From Glycera tridactyla (lineage: Eukaryota), in assembly GCA_965644265.1 (NCBI GenBank), contig OZ286472.1, positions 51,336,001 through 51,400,000 on the forward strand: a DNA stretch of 64,000 nt. Reading direction: 5' to 3'. Within the stretch, counting starts at the first letter, position 1. The number at the start of each line of letters is the position of its first letter. Shown here piece by piece: positions 1 to 14,128 of the stretch. The position numbers were made by a program, and so were the translations under genes. The notes under the pieces were generated by a model, which did not search any database, was not told the DNA's origin, and saw only the letters and a list, made by a program, of their open reading frames with translations.

Positions 1-540
1 TTAAATAGTAACAGTGCTGTTTTTTGACTCACAAAGTTCCTTGTCCTCCCCAAAAGTCCAATTTTCTTTCTTGTTTTAGAGCACATATGTTCAATGTGAT
101 TATCGAATTTCAGATAAACATCCAACCAGACCCCAAGATATTTGAAACTAGTAACTTGCTCGATACTAGTGTTCTTCATTTTCAAACTTAAGTCAATGGG
201 GTTTCTATAATAGGTGTTTCTTATTACCATTGATTTTGTCTTTTGGACATTTAGGGAGAGCTTATTCTTCATGAGCCAATCCTCAACAGAATCAAGATCC
301 ATTTGTAATGTGGCTTGTACCTCTTCAACGTCATCGCCTATCACAAATATCACAGTATCATCAGCATATAAAGCAACATTGGAATTTCTGACCACATTTG
401 GAAGATCGTTGATGTATATAATGAACAACAGGGGTCCAAGTATGGACCCCTGGGGAACACCGCATGAAATACTCTGCATGGATGATATTTCACCTTTATA
501 TCTAGTTACCTGCTTTCTTTCCAATAAGTAATGTCGAAGC
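1..540 (-). mobile_element. L2/CR1-clade LINE fragment (RT domain and downstream region), degenerate, runs off the window start
   Basis: Minus-strand translation gives GVPQGSILGPLLFIIYINDL...YADD...DWLMKNKLSLNVQKT and, after stops/frameshift, IEQVTSFKYLGVWLD...HIEHMCSK: canonical CR1/L2 ORF2 motifs. Confidence 0.9.
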
Positions 541-568
541 AGGCGTATCGGTGTCTAGTGGTGGTTTT

Positions 569-941
569 GGCGGTTGTAATCTGCGTTGTTCCATCTGTAT
601 CAGCACAGTCATTGTTCACAGCTAAACATAGTCAGATATAGTGACAGGTATGCCCCTTTCTTCGGTGTGGGGATTGAATGAAACCATACAAAACCACAAA
701 ATCTGAGACCTTGGTGACCGATGGCAGATTTTACAGATATCACATCAAGCATAGTCCCCAGTTTCGAGATCACTGGTTTCAAGGTTATACATTTCAAGGT
801 CTCAGATTTCATGGTTTCGTATGGTTTCATAGAATCCCCCCACACCAAAGAGAGAGGCATACCTGTCTCTGTATCTGACTATGTTTAGCTGTGAACAATA
901 ACTGTGCTGATACAGATGGAACAACATGAACTACAACCACC
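569..941. repeat. Foldback (long inverted repeat) MITE-like element, ~145-bp arms and ~80-bp loop
   Basis: 569-713 is the near reverse complement of 795-941 (e.g. gttgttccatctgtatcagcacagt / actgtgctgatacagatggaacaac). Confidence 0.85.
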
Positions 942-1262
942 GGAAATGTGTGTATTGTTGAAAAACACCTGCTTTGGGGCTAGCATCTATCTGGGGTCGC
1001 TTCATCGATACCACATGCTTTGCTCCAAGCTTGCCAAAACATAAAAATACAAGCACCTCAACACACAAAAAAAATGCAAGTTGTAACCGCCCTTCCCATC
1101 CATGTTATGAAAAACATGTCCAAGTGATGAAAAACATGCCCAAGTCACTGGTAAGAAGCTAGAATAAACAAATCATTCAACACAAAGTCAGCAACCATTA
1201 TCTTGCTTATAGTTCACGTAAGCCCAACATTATGGTGAGGATGTCAATTTTTTGTCATAATG

Positions 1263-2254
1263 CAGTTGAACCTCCACTAACGACCACCTCCAGAGAGCGA
1301 CCACCTCCTCGTAACGACCGCCCGTGACCGTGACCAATGTATTTTTCACTATAATTGACCCCTCTATAACGACAACCTCCAAACTCCGACCAGCGACCGC
1401 CATGTTTGGTTTGTGGACCTCCATATAACAACCGCCTAGGCCGTACCCGAGACCGGGAAATGTGCTCAGCTAGCCTTCTCACTGTTCGCATTCTAGCTGC
1501 CAATCCCTTTTGACGACCGCCTTTGTGGCCATACCGAGGTACCCAAGACCGGGAAATCTGCTCAGCTAGCTGACTCGCTGCTCACATTCGAGCCGCAACC
1601 TCTCCTAAAGACCGCCCTGTGGCCGGCTGGGACCATCCATACCTGAGACCGTGAAATGTGCTCAGCTTGCCCGCTCGCTGCTTACATTCTTGCCGCCAAC
1701 CCCTCCCAACGACCGCCATGTGGCCCGGCTGTGATCGTCCGTACCTGAGACGGTGAAATATGCTCAGCTCGCCTACTCTCTGCTCACATCCTAACCACCA
1801 ACCCCTTCTAACAACCACCTTTGTCATACCCAAGACCGGGAAATCTGCTCAGCTCATCTGCTCGCTGCTCACGTTCCCCCTCCCTTCAATTGATGACCTG
1901 CCACAAAGAGAATCACCTCTAAATTGCGACCTTTTTTCGTGTATACAAGCACATGCCGACATTTAACAAATCATTACCATTTTTCATATGAAATTCCTTC
2001 ATATTATCAGTACAGCACAAAAGATCACCTTTTAGAACCTACATAAACATCATATTCGAGAAAAAATTCGAATAATACAAGTTTCGTTTGCTCCTCTGGT
2101 GGTTACTGCAATGGCGGCCACAGTCCCGTTCTTCGCGCCTGATGAGCGAATTTATCATATTATTATTCATCAGAACCTCTCTATAGCGGCCACCTCCCAA
2201 TAACGACCACTCTGGTGTACGACCGAGGGAGGTTGTTATAAGGAGGTTCGACTG
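1263..2254. mobile_element. Non-autonomous Tc1/mariner (pogo-like) element with ~5 internal ~95-100-bp tandem units
   Basis: TIR cagttgaacctcc / ggaggttcgactg followed by TA; unit core gagaccgggaaatgtgctcagct recurs about five times in 1430-1880. Confidence 0.75.
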
Positions 2255-2465
2255 TACTGACGAGAAGGGCACCATGTTTCTAATGAACTACCAAATTTGA
2301 GCAAGATTTGCAGGCCTGCTGAAATCCATGATTTCTGGCACTATCAACAGAAAATCAGGCATGTAGAAGTAACTGACAGTTCAGACACACCTATACCTAC
2401 ATAAAATACACAGACCACATTGGTTCCTACAGTCAACTTGGGTCAGAGTTATGGCAATTATGATA

Positions 2466-3785
2466 AACAAGGCATAAATGCACAAATGGCACGCATGCGC
2501 GCCGCTAATTCATCCAAGCAGCTGAATCTAGCAAGCATAATCTTTTGCTCCAAGCATTCTCAAGTTATTGCAGTAACAAGGTCATGACCTGGGAGATGGA
2601 GATCAAGGTCACTTGCCATTTGATGGGCTTCTTTTGCTTTCAATGGTGCATATATGGTGTAAATCTGGTGAATGTAGCTCCAAGCTTTCTCATGTTATTG
2701 GAGTAACAAAGTATTTTTAATGTCAAGGTCATGACCTTGAAGGTGAAGAAGGAGGTCAATCACGTTTGATGGGATTATCCCCATTCATCAGTACATATCT
2801 GGCAGAAATTCGATGGATGTAGCTTGAAGTTTTCAAAGTCAAGGTCATGACCTGAAAGATGAAGGTCAAGGTCACTGACATTTGATAGGCTTCTTTTGCT
2901 TTCAGTGGTGCATATATAGTGTAAATCTGGTGAATGTAGCTCCAAGAGTTCTCATGTTATTGGAGTAACAAAATATTTTGAATGTCAAGGTCATGACCTT
3001 GAGGTGGGAGTCGAGGTCAACCACATTCGATGGGATTGTCCCCCATTCATTGGTGCATATCTGGCAAAAATTTGATGGATGTAGCTTGAAGTTATCAAAG
3101 TCAAGGTCATGACCTTCAAAATGAAGGTCAAGGTCACAGGCATTTGATAGGCTCTTTCCACCCCTGCCATTGCTCCTCTCACTGTCCTGGAACCCCCCCC
3201 CCCCCCACCCAGGTGCAATCCCGCTGCAACTGCCATCGCCTCCCCCCCCCCTCCCCCCCCCCCCCCCCCCCCCCGTCTCATGGCCACTCGCTGCTGCCCC
3301 CACCTCTTGCCCTGCCCTCCACAATTTAATTAAGAGATCAGACAGCTCTGCTGATATATGAAAAGGCTCCACTTGGTGCAAAGACAGTTATATAACCAGG
3401 GACGAAATGTGACAAGGCTCCATTCATAGGACCGGCAGTGTCATTACATAACAGCCTCGGTAATAGACACCTTATACTCCACTCTTTCCTATCCTGCTGG
3501 TAGAAAGTTGCTTTAAAATTCAGGATTCCAGCCTGAATAACTCATCTTCCATGAAAGTTATCGGGACAATATCGATACCCAGTATTCTGCCGCCCATGAT
3601 TTTTATGATTGCAAAATTTCAGAAATATTGCTTGTTTAGTTACAGAGTAGTGGCTCGAAGAAAAACTTTAACCAAAAACTTTAACCAGAAAGTTTACGCC
3701 ACACGGCCAAACGGCCGGACGGCCGGACAGACGGAATCTGCGCCATTACATAGACACGCATTTTGCTCCGCATGCGTGCCAAAAA
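2466..3785. mobile_element. Helentron-associated (HINE/DINE-like) non-autonomous element, copy 1, with ~262-bp internal tandem repeats
   Basis: Subterminal IR tggcacgcatgcg (2487-2499) / cgcatgcgtgcca (3769-3781), A-rich ends, cgga/cgg microsatellite near one end, repeat unit recurring at ~2581, 2844, 3106; second copy at 30786-32047. Confidence 0.7.
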
Positions 3786-4448
3786 TCACAAAGGCAAAGC
3801 ACGATCAAAAAAGTGAAGAAAAAAAAGTTCTTTTAATGAATAAAAGGCACCTCAAGACTATATCGACGTTTGTGTGAATTTAGTGAAAATAGATGTCAGG
3901 TCATCTTAAACTTCTTCATAGTGAAAGAGGAGCTTTGCAGGACCCCGGAGGCTCACAATTGAGAGCATTATATTGAATGACTGCTCCCAGAAATTACCTG
4001 CCAGCCATAATCACATAAAGTCCACACCAGGGCATCTAACCTGGTTAACAGTATCTCTGCAGACACTGTAATCCAAGCACTGTGGACACAGCTCTCTGCT
4101 CACTTTCTTCCACTGCTTTATATTGCCGCCGCTTTCTATCGTTGTCGCTTTTGATGGAATCCTTTTGGTGACAAGCTGGCAACACCTCCATTCTCGGTGA
4201 ACAATATCTATTCATGAGACACGAGACACGAGACACGTCATCCATCCTCTGATCCATTCGTTCATCGTGTATGGGGAATCTGGTCAACATAGGTGAACTG
4301 TGTTGCAATGGTGGTTTTTGAAAGGTTTTTTTTCAGAGAAACCATAGCATATGGGAGCACCCACATTCAGAGCAGATCAATTTCCTAAAGAAAATGTTTT
4401 TTTAATGCACTTCATCTTTTGAAACGATGACAACTGAGAGTGACTATA

Positions 4449-4609
4449 CAGTGAAACCTGCCACGAGAGACCACCTCTGATGAGAGACCACTTTTTCAGG
4501 GCAACCTTTTTATTTGCCACTTTCAAATATACCTCCGACGGGAGACTACTTCTTTTGAGAGACTGCTTTTGGTGACATGTAGGCAAGTCTCTTGCTGCAG
4601 GTTTCATTG
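4449..4609. mobile_element. MITE, CAGTGAAACCTG family, TA TSD
   Basis: ta|cagtgaaacctg ... caggtttcattg|ta; internal gagaccacctct motifs. Confidence 0.8.
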
Positions 4610-7600
4610 TACTGAATTTGATTGTGTTCTGTTGGGAACATTTCTGATCAATTTTTTTTGCTCTTCTTTCGTCAGAGTTTTGTTCAAATCTGACCCACAC
4701 TTTTTGCATTGAGCAGATCTTTTTGAAAACAAGTAAACTTGTGAGAAATGAGCCAATAAATACAAAGCAACCAAAACTATAAGGCTGGAAATACTCATGA
4801 ACAATGAGTGGCTACTTGAGACAGATTCTTGCTGTATACCTGGCATATTCAAGACAGAATCAACAACGCCCCAACCAAGAAGAACTTCTTTTGAGATAAC
4901 CTACTTTTTTCCCCAGCTCACAAGGAGTTCAGAATCAACTGGAGTACCAAGACTCTCGAGGAATGTGTTAGGATGTATGCTAGTCAGGCCAGTAGACACT
5001 TATATCTGAGAAGAAACAACCCGCCAACCAACACTACATAGCAACCAGCCTAAATAAAAATATTGGACCAAGATACATTCAGCTCTCATTGTATAAAAAT
5101 AACAAATCATCAGTGCTGTCCGTCAAAACGCAGAAACATAAATCTCTGGGAATATGTCGACATACAAGTATGCCTACTGGTTACATACTGATAGATAACC
5201 CAGTCGACTTTATACATAAATGAAACCAGCCAGGAGCAAGCACCATAAATCTAATAGGATTTGGTCTCTCACAACATGTGTGCTTGGTTGACACAGATAT
5301 ATCTGCAGAGGACTGACAGAAAAGGGTTCTGAAAAAATGCTCATTCACTGCATGTAAATCAGAGGCTAACAGCCTGGGCCCTCATTAATCCAAAGATCTG
5401 TGTTCTAGCACTCTCAGCCTACCTGTCGGCACAAATAACTCTCATCAATCATCCAAGCTTTGACTTCACCGATCACCAACTGTTGAGAAATGACAAAGTT
5501 CCTGCTCCCAACACCAATCCCAGTCGAAATGCCATCATCACAGCCAATCTCCGACATAGGGATTAAAAAAAATATTGGAATGATGCTAGGTGAAGTACAG
5601 AGCTCAATATCAACTGGAATAATTCCTGTAGTATCGGTCTAGGGTTTATCGATTGATTGATTGGTCGACCCAAAACGTGTATAGCAAATCTTTGAATGCT
5701 GATTTCTCTGTCTCCAGCAGACATGACTCCCTTAAAGCTGGAAGACAAAGCCACTCCTCACCCTTGCAGGGATTTTCTTACTTGGGAATATGTATGGGTC
5801 TTTCAATTACATTGATGCAGATTCCATGTGCCATTTTCGATTTGTGTGTGCCTCAAACCATGTAATCATATCAAAGTATGGAAAATTCCATGTGCTTTCT
5901 GGGCACAAGATATATGGTCTAATGTGCCCTTTCACAACTTTATGTGCCATTTAGCACAGGGCACAGTGTAAAATTATCCCTGCCCTTGGTAGCACGTCAG
6001 TAGTTAGTAGGCCATCCCCCAGACATTCAGTTTCTATTGGCCAAGGATATATTTGGCTATGGATTACTGTATATCACGTGACTGATAGTTCATAAATCAC
6101 AGAAACTCACATATGATATATATATATTTCAAATGCTTCGAAATGTGAAGTTGAGACCTCAACAATTTATTTATGAGGTGATTTACATTTGCAGCATGAT
6201 CTGGCAACTTTCAAGTTCGGTTCTCGCACCATGACCCAATCTTCACAAGGATACTGCAATTGCAAAAAATTTGGGTATCCATGTTCAAAAATGGGATGGG
6301 TGCAAAAGTAAGAACATGAACATTAAAAACTCCAAGTGATATTGGAGAGAGGTGGAGCCAAGGGAAGGTGGGGCCCATCTTCTAAGTTGCGGAGGCGATC
6401 CATCACCAGGGTATGCCACATGTTCCTACTTCAACCAACCACTTGATGTACAGATCTGCAAGTAACACCCAGAATAACCTAAAGCACATACCTCTTCTTT
6501 AAGTACAAAAAACTACACCTGTTTACAAATGTGGAATACTTTTTCTGTTGAGCATTGAAACCACGACATCCTTGGCGTCAGAGGGAGTGAACCTTTCCCT
6601 CATGCAGGGAGTGGCAATCTCTCACTATCACCACCTCAAAAAACCACTTGTTCCTATATAGTCCAGGACTCCATGCTAAAGTTTACAGCTTGCTTGAAAT
6701 GTTCTTTGAGATGTACTTGCCCGAACAGTAAATGTTTTTGCCTCACCTACATGGCGTCGCCATTCAGGCATGTAGGCATGGTGATCCAATGACACAAATT
6801 GTAGCCTTTTCCAACCACTGATGGTGAGCGTTGCAGAAAGTGAAACTCTCAATGCTATACAGTATTTGAATAATTATTTACAATGTGCTGAGACTGAAAT
6901 GCATTACGAATCACGAGATATCACTTCAGTAATGCCAGTGAGAATCAGATAATGCAAAATTTTCAGAAATATCCCACACTATATTCTCACAGAAGCTGTC
7001 TTCAAACTGCCAGATAACAGACCGTTACTGATCATAATTTCTCCATAAATACATTCAATGCCAAAAAGGAGTATACAATATTGAAACACTGGGTGCTGTC
7101 AAACAAGGCCACCTGTCTACAAAGGCCACTTTTTTTCTAATCATAGACAGGTTTGACTGTATACTTCAATACATTTTAGAACATTATCAGTGACACAGGT
7201 CCGCACTAACACATATCATTAGCCAGTTAGACAATAGCTGAAGCTTTTTCCATCGGTCTAAGAGAAATTGGAATAGCTACTTCAGCCAAATATGCTACAG
7301 GGAATTGCTCTATTGCTTATCTAGCAAGTCATATTTTATTTTCTGTCTGGAGGCAATGCTTTCTTTCAGATGCCTTCAGAACTGACCCAAGCTGGTAAAA
7401 ATGTGCAGAAATTGACCTTTTCAAAGTGTACTGACAGCCCATCAGTGGCCTTCATGGTGTAAGACAGGAAACACCGTTATGATTTTTAAGTGAACAAAAA
7501 CAATGCTATATGCCACAACCTGCCTAAAGAATAACAACAGCAGCATTTGGAAAGGAACTAAGATAACATTTAAGGCGAACCCAAGTACCAGCACCAACTT

Positions 7601-7941
7601 ATCAATTTGTTCATTTCCATGTGTTCAAACAAAGATGTGGCAGGCAACAATGTTTCAACTTGTTGAACCCGAGACTCTTAGCCTTGACTACCTATTCTCT
7701 TTGCACAGGTTAAGAGAAACATTCAGTCACACAGTAAATGGGGTGGTTTCCATTTATATTACATTCCAAGGTTACCTCCCCCCTCAGGCCAACAAAAGGA
7801 ATCAGAGAAACTTTACTTCATGACATACCACAGGAATGTACAAATTACATTCTTGGAAATCATCTGATTTCTTGTGGATTTGAACCTGGATCTCCAGCAT
7901 GGCACCAACCACCTAGTCCAGGGCCCAGATGACAACAAATA

Positions 7942-8044
7942 CAGTCGAACCTCTCTATAAAGACCGTCTTTGGTCGCATCAAAAAGTGGCCTTTATAGGG
8001 AGGTGGTCTCTATAGAGAGGTGGTCTTTAGAGCAGATTCAACTG
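7942..8044. mobile_element. MITE, CAGTCGAACC family (internally deleted), TA TSD
   Basis: ta|cagtcgaacctc ... agattcaactg|ta. Confidence 0.75.
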
Positions 8045-8159
8045 TATCTCCAAATATATGATTTTAAACTACCGTAACTCAGATCAAAAGGGTTCAAGCT
8101 TTTAAGGTTTCAAGCCAACTCGCCCAATTTGTCAAATACTCTTATGTCAATACTTATAC

Positions 8160-8870
8160 CTGATTGATTGACTGATTGATAGACGTTTATTTAATTTCAT
8201 CCACCCTGTCACGGCACTCAATAGAGGTCCATGATCTCCCCAGGGCAGATGAATGAAATATACAGCGGGAGATGCCTGGAAAAGAAAGAGTCTCAGAACG
8301 TTCCTGTCATCCGGGTAACATTTGATTGTTCATTTTGGAACTATAGATATTGATTTTTGTTTCAAGGTAATTGCCAAAATTTGAGATTTGTATTAATGAA
8401 GTGTTGATTCTATTTTGTTTTGCAGGTAGTTGGAGACAGGAACGTTCCGGTGCCTTGACTGATTAGAAGAAGACAAGACATAGAATCAAATATCTGCATT
8501 GATACTGGCTATACAGCATAAGTCATATTCTTGTTCTATATTCAATATACGTGTTAAAAGAGATACAACGGCTTTGTTTTCTATTCCTTTGTGCTAAATG
8601 CTATTGACGGCTTGGCAGTGGAAAAAGAGATTTGTAAAATACAGGGTCATTCTTCGTCATATCCAACAGGGATCTCTTTGGCACGCGGATTTGCGGAAAT
8701 TCCGCATATTTTAGAATAATGCCGCAGACACATTGGCCTGATTGCGTTCAATTGCCGCATGACCATCCAGTCAGGCTGTTGCCCACTTGACAAAGTCTGA
8801 TTCAGTCTAACATTGTCATAAGTATTAAACATACCAGCCTGACTAACTTGATGCCGAGTCTGCTACACTG
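8160..8870 (-). mobile_element. Possible highly degraded LINE 3' end
   Basis: Minus strand ends AATAAA plus (TCAA)n tail at ~8160-8195; upstream interrupted frames only weakly L2-like. Confidence 0.3.
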
Positions 8871-10099
8871 AAGTAACTTTATATGAAACAGCCGGCTGAT
8901 AAGCTGGCCAGAGAGGGTGGGGGTGTGTAGCGAGATAATCACTTCCAGGTGGTGGCTGGCCCCTGTCATCTATACCAATCTTACCCCATCCTTGTTCACT
9001 TCAAGATTAGACAACTTGACATGAACCTTGTCAGGTTACTCCCAGATACTGTTAGAAGATGGACAAATTGTAGGTATGGCATTTTTTTTAATGAAATTAC
9101 AATACTTGTATTTTAGCTCAGAGAGCTGTGTTTGCACCGGTTTTTCAAAACTTAAGTGTATTCACTGAGGGACTAATTTCTGTCAATATGCGACACATAT
9201 TGTTATTGAACAGATAAAAAGCTCTACAGCATTTTATGTGTTAGCTTGATCACTGAATTGAGTAGCATCATGGTGAGATGAGAACGGAAATTCATAAGAT
9301 ACGGGTGAAATCACAAAAGAAGAATATGACTTTTCAAAAGCTGCAACTGTCCAGTTTCCTTCTCTAGTTTGGGCTACAGCAACCGAAGAATCAAGCAACC
9401 AGCCTCCCAAATTATGTAATAAACTTGACAATTCTAACATCAACTATTGTGGCAAGAGTCTGCAGTTTTATTCCATATTATGACCTTTTGAATGTGGAGG
9501 GATTCTTGGGGTCGGAGTAAGTCATGTTCATTCATGACCCAGTCTATGAATCTATGGAAGGCGCAGGTGGGAATCCTGAGCAGGGCTCTATGTTTGCCAA
9601 AATATTTAGGAGCGAACTGGCTCCTAAGTTGAAATTTTTGGTAGCCATGGCAAAATGTTGGTACACAGTCAATACATTGCCAATCTCAACCTCTCAAAAT
9701 GTAATTGTCCTGGCAACTGAAAACACCATATCAGTGAAGCACCCTGCCACCTCCGACATGAGACCACCTCTTTTGAGAGATCACTTTTTTTTTTAGAGAG
9801 AGACCACGTTTTGATGACATTTAGGGTGGTCTCATGACAGGTATCACTGTATATAGAAACCTGTGATGAGAGACCCCTTGATGGGAGATCACCTCTGATG
9901 GGAGACTGCTTTCTCAGGGCAGCTTTTCTATTTGATATAGTCGAATATATGGAATTCAATTGTTCTTCATAGGTCCTAAAAGGGGCCCACATGTTTCGAC
10001 AAAGGGCCCACTCTTCTCAGAAAAGGCCCACTGTTCTGGGTACTAATGGGCCTTTGGCCCGCGCAGAAATCCGGCCAGGGAGATCCCTGAATCCAATAC

Positions 10100-10860
10100 A
10101 ATTCAAAACACGTTACATTACAAGTATCGACCAGTATATGTCTAGATATTAGCACCTATTGAGTATAATTGAGTCATGATTTGGTTTTTCTCTTGAAAGA
10201 TTGATAGGATAGAGGCAAGGAGCTCCTTAGCTCTGCGGGAAGAAGATTCCATCTTCTTGCAGTCATGAAGGAGAAAGCTTTCATTCCCTTCACAGTTTTC
10301 GATATGGGTAATTCCAGGTAATTAGTATGAGAGCCTCGTGTTTCGTGATTATGGGCATCCTCTGTCCTTAAGAACATATCTCGGAGATAGTCAGGTGCTT
10401 CACCCCTCAAAATCTTATATGTTGTCATTACCAGATGGAGATCTCCTTTGGGAGAGAGTAAAGAGACTTAGTTCTTGATGCATACTTGAAACACTTTCAA
10501 AGCGGCTCCGCTGCAAAATCAATCTCAGGCCTTTGTTTTGAAGAATCTGAAGCTGGTCCTGGTGTTTTTGTAGAAGACCAGAGTAAACTGTGTCGCAGTA
10601 GTCAAGAAGAGGGAGCGTAAGGCTTGTGTATAATTTTCTAGCTGTTTTACGATTGATGTACCTTCTCACACGAGATGAAACACCTATTCTCTGACTAGCT
10701 TTCTTGGAGATATGTTCAACATGCTCAGAGAAAGAGAGGGTCCTGTCAAGCATTACACCCAAATATTTGAATGAGTCAACTGATTCAATTTCTTCACCAT
10801 TAATGGTTACTAATAAAGATTCTTCAGATAGATACCTGACCCATCTATTCACATTACAAG
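10100..10860 (-). mobile_element. L2-clade LINE 3' fragment (ORF2 C-terminus), 5'-truncated, one frameshift
   Basis: IESVDSFKYLGVMLDRTLSFSEHVEHISKKAS...LDYCDTVY...LQILQNKGLRLIL...YKILRGEAPDYL...RWNLLPAELR. Confidence 0.9.
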
Positions 10861-11258
10861 TATCCATAAAATGTACAATACACACAAGGGCATGTAGGCA
10901 AGGTGATACATTTGCTTGAAAATAAATTCAACTAGCCCTAAGCATCTGACTACTATTACCATCAAACTTTAGATCACCTCAACCTAAATAATCATAAGAA
11001 ATGCAGACACCTTGGGATACCAGGTTAAGAGCGGCACGGAATACATTGGGCTCTGCAGTTCACACCCGGAAAGACAAGTAAATGGCCATATTATAAACTT
11101 CTAAATTTTTATTTAAGTGAGCCCCATTTATAAAACCCACCTAATGCTTGACTCACAAAGTAAGACCTCTTTTATGTGAGGAGTTCAAAACTATGTGGCA
11201 CAATGCTTTTAGATGCTGCCAGGTTGATATGTGGTTATAATATTTCAATTAGACTAAT

Positions 11259-13940
11259 GGGTCATTCCATGGTATTCCGGACATGCACTTTCATTTTTCA
11301 AACTTAGTAGTCAGCTGAAATTTTTATTCCAAATCATTGTCAACAGGTTCAAGTGTCGGGGAACAACTTTGTTTTGGTCAGAATTTGGAGACTTTGGTAA
11401 ATATAGCGGTTTTGGGGTAAAAAGTCACCTTTTTGAGCGTTGCGGACGGACAAATTTCATATTGCCATAACTTTGAATTGCAAAATCATACAAGTCTCAA
11501 ATTTGATAACAGACATCCTTCACCTATGTTATCTATGAAAACTATTGTTTTGGTCCAGATTTTTGGAAATTTTTGAAAAAAAAAATCAATTTTTTGAAAA
11601 AATAATGTCCGTCTGCAACACTCAACCTTCAAAAGTTCACTTTTTTTGAAGAAATTTCAAATTGTTTTTTTCAAGACTTCAGTTCCTCTTGAAAAATGCA
11701 GAGATGATGGTAGGTGGCGAGTTATGAATGAATATCTCTGCAACTTTTTTTTTTATTAAGATTTCAAAAAGTGTCCGTCCGCAACGCTCAAAAAGTGTCC
11801 GTCTGCAACGCCCTAAAAGCATCTATCAGCAACACTCAGTGTTTGGTAAAAAAATCTACCAATAAAAGTTTAGCTCATTTTGGATATCACTTGCATTATA
11901 CATTATACTTACATTATAAAGGTTATTGATTATTCCACCCCTTGACCCTTTCATGCTCAGGTGATCCCCAAAATTTCATCGAAAAATGTGTCTTTCAATC
12001 ACAACTTGCAACCTTGGATCTGATCATATGGTCTGACTTGGGGAATATGCCGAGCAAATTTGGCATGGAGAATAACCCACTTAATTTATTGGTTGAAAAC
12101 AATATGAATACTGTTGCAATGAAGGAAGGATCGAGTGCACTCACCATGTGTTTTAATGTCTCACCCCCCCCCCCCCCACCACTCATCCACCACACCTTGC
12201 TGAGCAAGCTAGCTGGGAGGGTGGAGTGAGTGATGAGGAGGTGACCTGCACTGAGCAGTGTGACCATGTTCACCCTATCCATATACAGTAGTTGCTCACC
12301 AAGTTGTGAGCAGATCTGGCCTAGTTGCAAGCAGAGAGCAGATCTAGGGTGGGTCCATAGGTAGATAGAGCAATCCCCCCCCCCCCCCCCTCCCTCCCTC
12401 ACAGTCAGAAGGGTGGGTGAGCAAGTGGGGAGGGGATGCATCAGGCACACTAATACCTCCAGATCATCACTAACAAAGAGTCATCTGAACCATACACTTG
12501 TTCTATTGAAGAAAAACTCACTTCGTGTGAATGAAACTAAAAATTGGATATTTTCATGATTTTGAGAAAAATTGGTGAAAAAGGTGAAATTTGATAAAAA
12601 TAGGAGAAAAATGACAGAATGATTTCATAGAAATATCAATATGCTCCTCATCTGTAATTAATATACTTAATATAAGAAGATATACACATGTATTTCCAGG
12701 GTATGGTAAATTGTTTTAGTACACCTCACATAACAAGGACAAATGTGTCCATCCACAGCGGTCAAGTGTCTGTCCGCAACGCACCATTTTTCCATGTTTT
12801 TTCCCTGATTTTTGAGAGCTCCTGTGAAAATCTCTTCATATGTTCCAGACATGGACTGAAGATGCTCATTAGGCCCAGTTACTGAATAATTGTCCATAAA
12901 CGGAGCAAAAAAAGTCAAACTTAGGTGACTGGAAATTGATATTTTCCTGTTTTGGGAGAGAAAAAATCGTAAAATGGCTAAAATTGAGTGAAAAGGGCGG
13001 AAAATGACAAAAAATAAAACCCACAAATACTTAGATACTCCTTAACTTTAAGCAAAATAGTACAGAAAGATATTTGAATGCTTCTCCAGGATGTGGGAAA
13101 CTATTTTGGTACACCTCATGTAACGAACAGAAGTGTCCGTCCCCAACAGTCAAAAGTGTCTGTCCGCAACGCAACATTTTTTCAGATTTTTTTTTGTTTT
13201 TTCGAAGCTCTAGTAAAAATCTCCATCCATATGTTTCAGTCATGGATTGAAGTTGCTTATTATACCAAATTACTGAATTATTGTCCATAAACAGAGCCAA
13301 AAATGTCTGACTAAGTGACTGGAAATTGACATTTTCATGATTTGGGAGAGAAAAAATTGTCAAAGGGCTAAAATTTAGTGAAAAAGGGTGAAAAATGATA
13401 AAATAATCATCCACAAATACTTAAATACTTGTTATCTTTGATTAAAATAGTAAAGGAAGATATTTGAATGTTTTACCAGGATATGAGGAACAATTTTAAA
13501 CACCTCATATAGCATGGACAAAAGTGTCCGTCCGCAACGGTCAAAAGTGTCTGTCCGCAACGCAACATTTTTTCAGATTTTTCTGAATTTTCTGAACCTT
13601 TGGTCAAAATCACTTTTCATATGCTCTAGGTATATACTCAAGATACTTATCAAGCCCAGTTACTAAATATTTGTCTGTAAACAGAGCAGAATTTTTTGAC
13701 TTTGTGACTGTACCTCAAAACCCTTGTCCCGAAAGTGTCCGTCCGCAACGGTCGGAAAAATGCCTCCACAACCAACATGTGAGAGTTAATGATGATAAAA
13801 ATGCCTGTGATATGTTGAGTCTTGTATGTATAATGAATTGGCATAGGAAAAGTTTTGGTTTGGTGATATGTTTTATCAAGAGATCAGAATTATGTCGGCA
13901 AAGTGTCCGTCCGCAACGGAAAAATACCATGGAATGACCC
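11259..13940. mobile_element. 2.7-kb non-autonomous TIR DNA element with ~390-bp internal tandem repeats
   Basis: Perfect 18-bp TIR gggtcattccatggtatt / aataccatggaatgaccc; units recur at ~12691, 13081, 13471; ~11 copies of tgtc(c/t)gtc(c/t)gcaac; TSD unclear so superfamily unassigned. Confidence 0.8.
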
Positions 13941-14044
13941 TTATACATTCTTGGATGAAACAATCAACCTATTTGTTTTTAGGATTTCCACATGTCGTGA
14001 ATGTTTCAACCTCACTGGGTTATATGATACAAGAGAGAAGGGGC

Positions 14045-14045
14045 A

Positions 14046-14076
<31 letters not shown>

Positions 14077-14128
14077 AGACAGCCAGCCAGCCAGACAGAC
14101 AGACGGACAGACAGACAGACAGACAGAC
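14045..14128. repeat. Compound (CCAG)n(ACAG)n microsatellite
   Basis: Direct reading. Confidence 0.95.

Noticed and set aside
11400-13930. CRISPR-like array (repeated 14-bp motif)
   Set aside because: Eukaryotic TE context, irregular spacing, repeated rather than unique spacers, no cas genes
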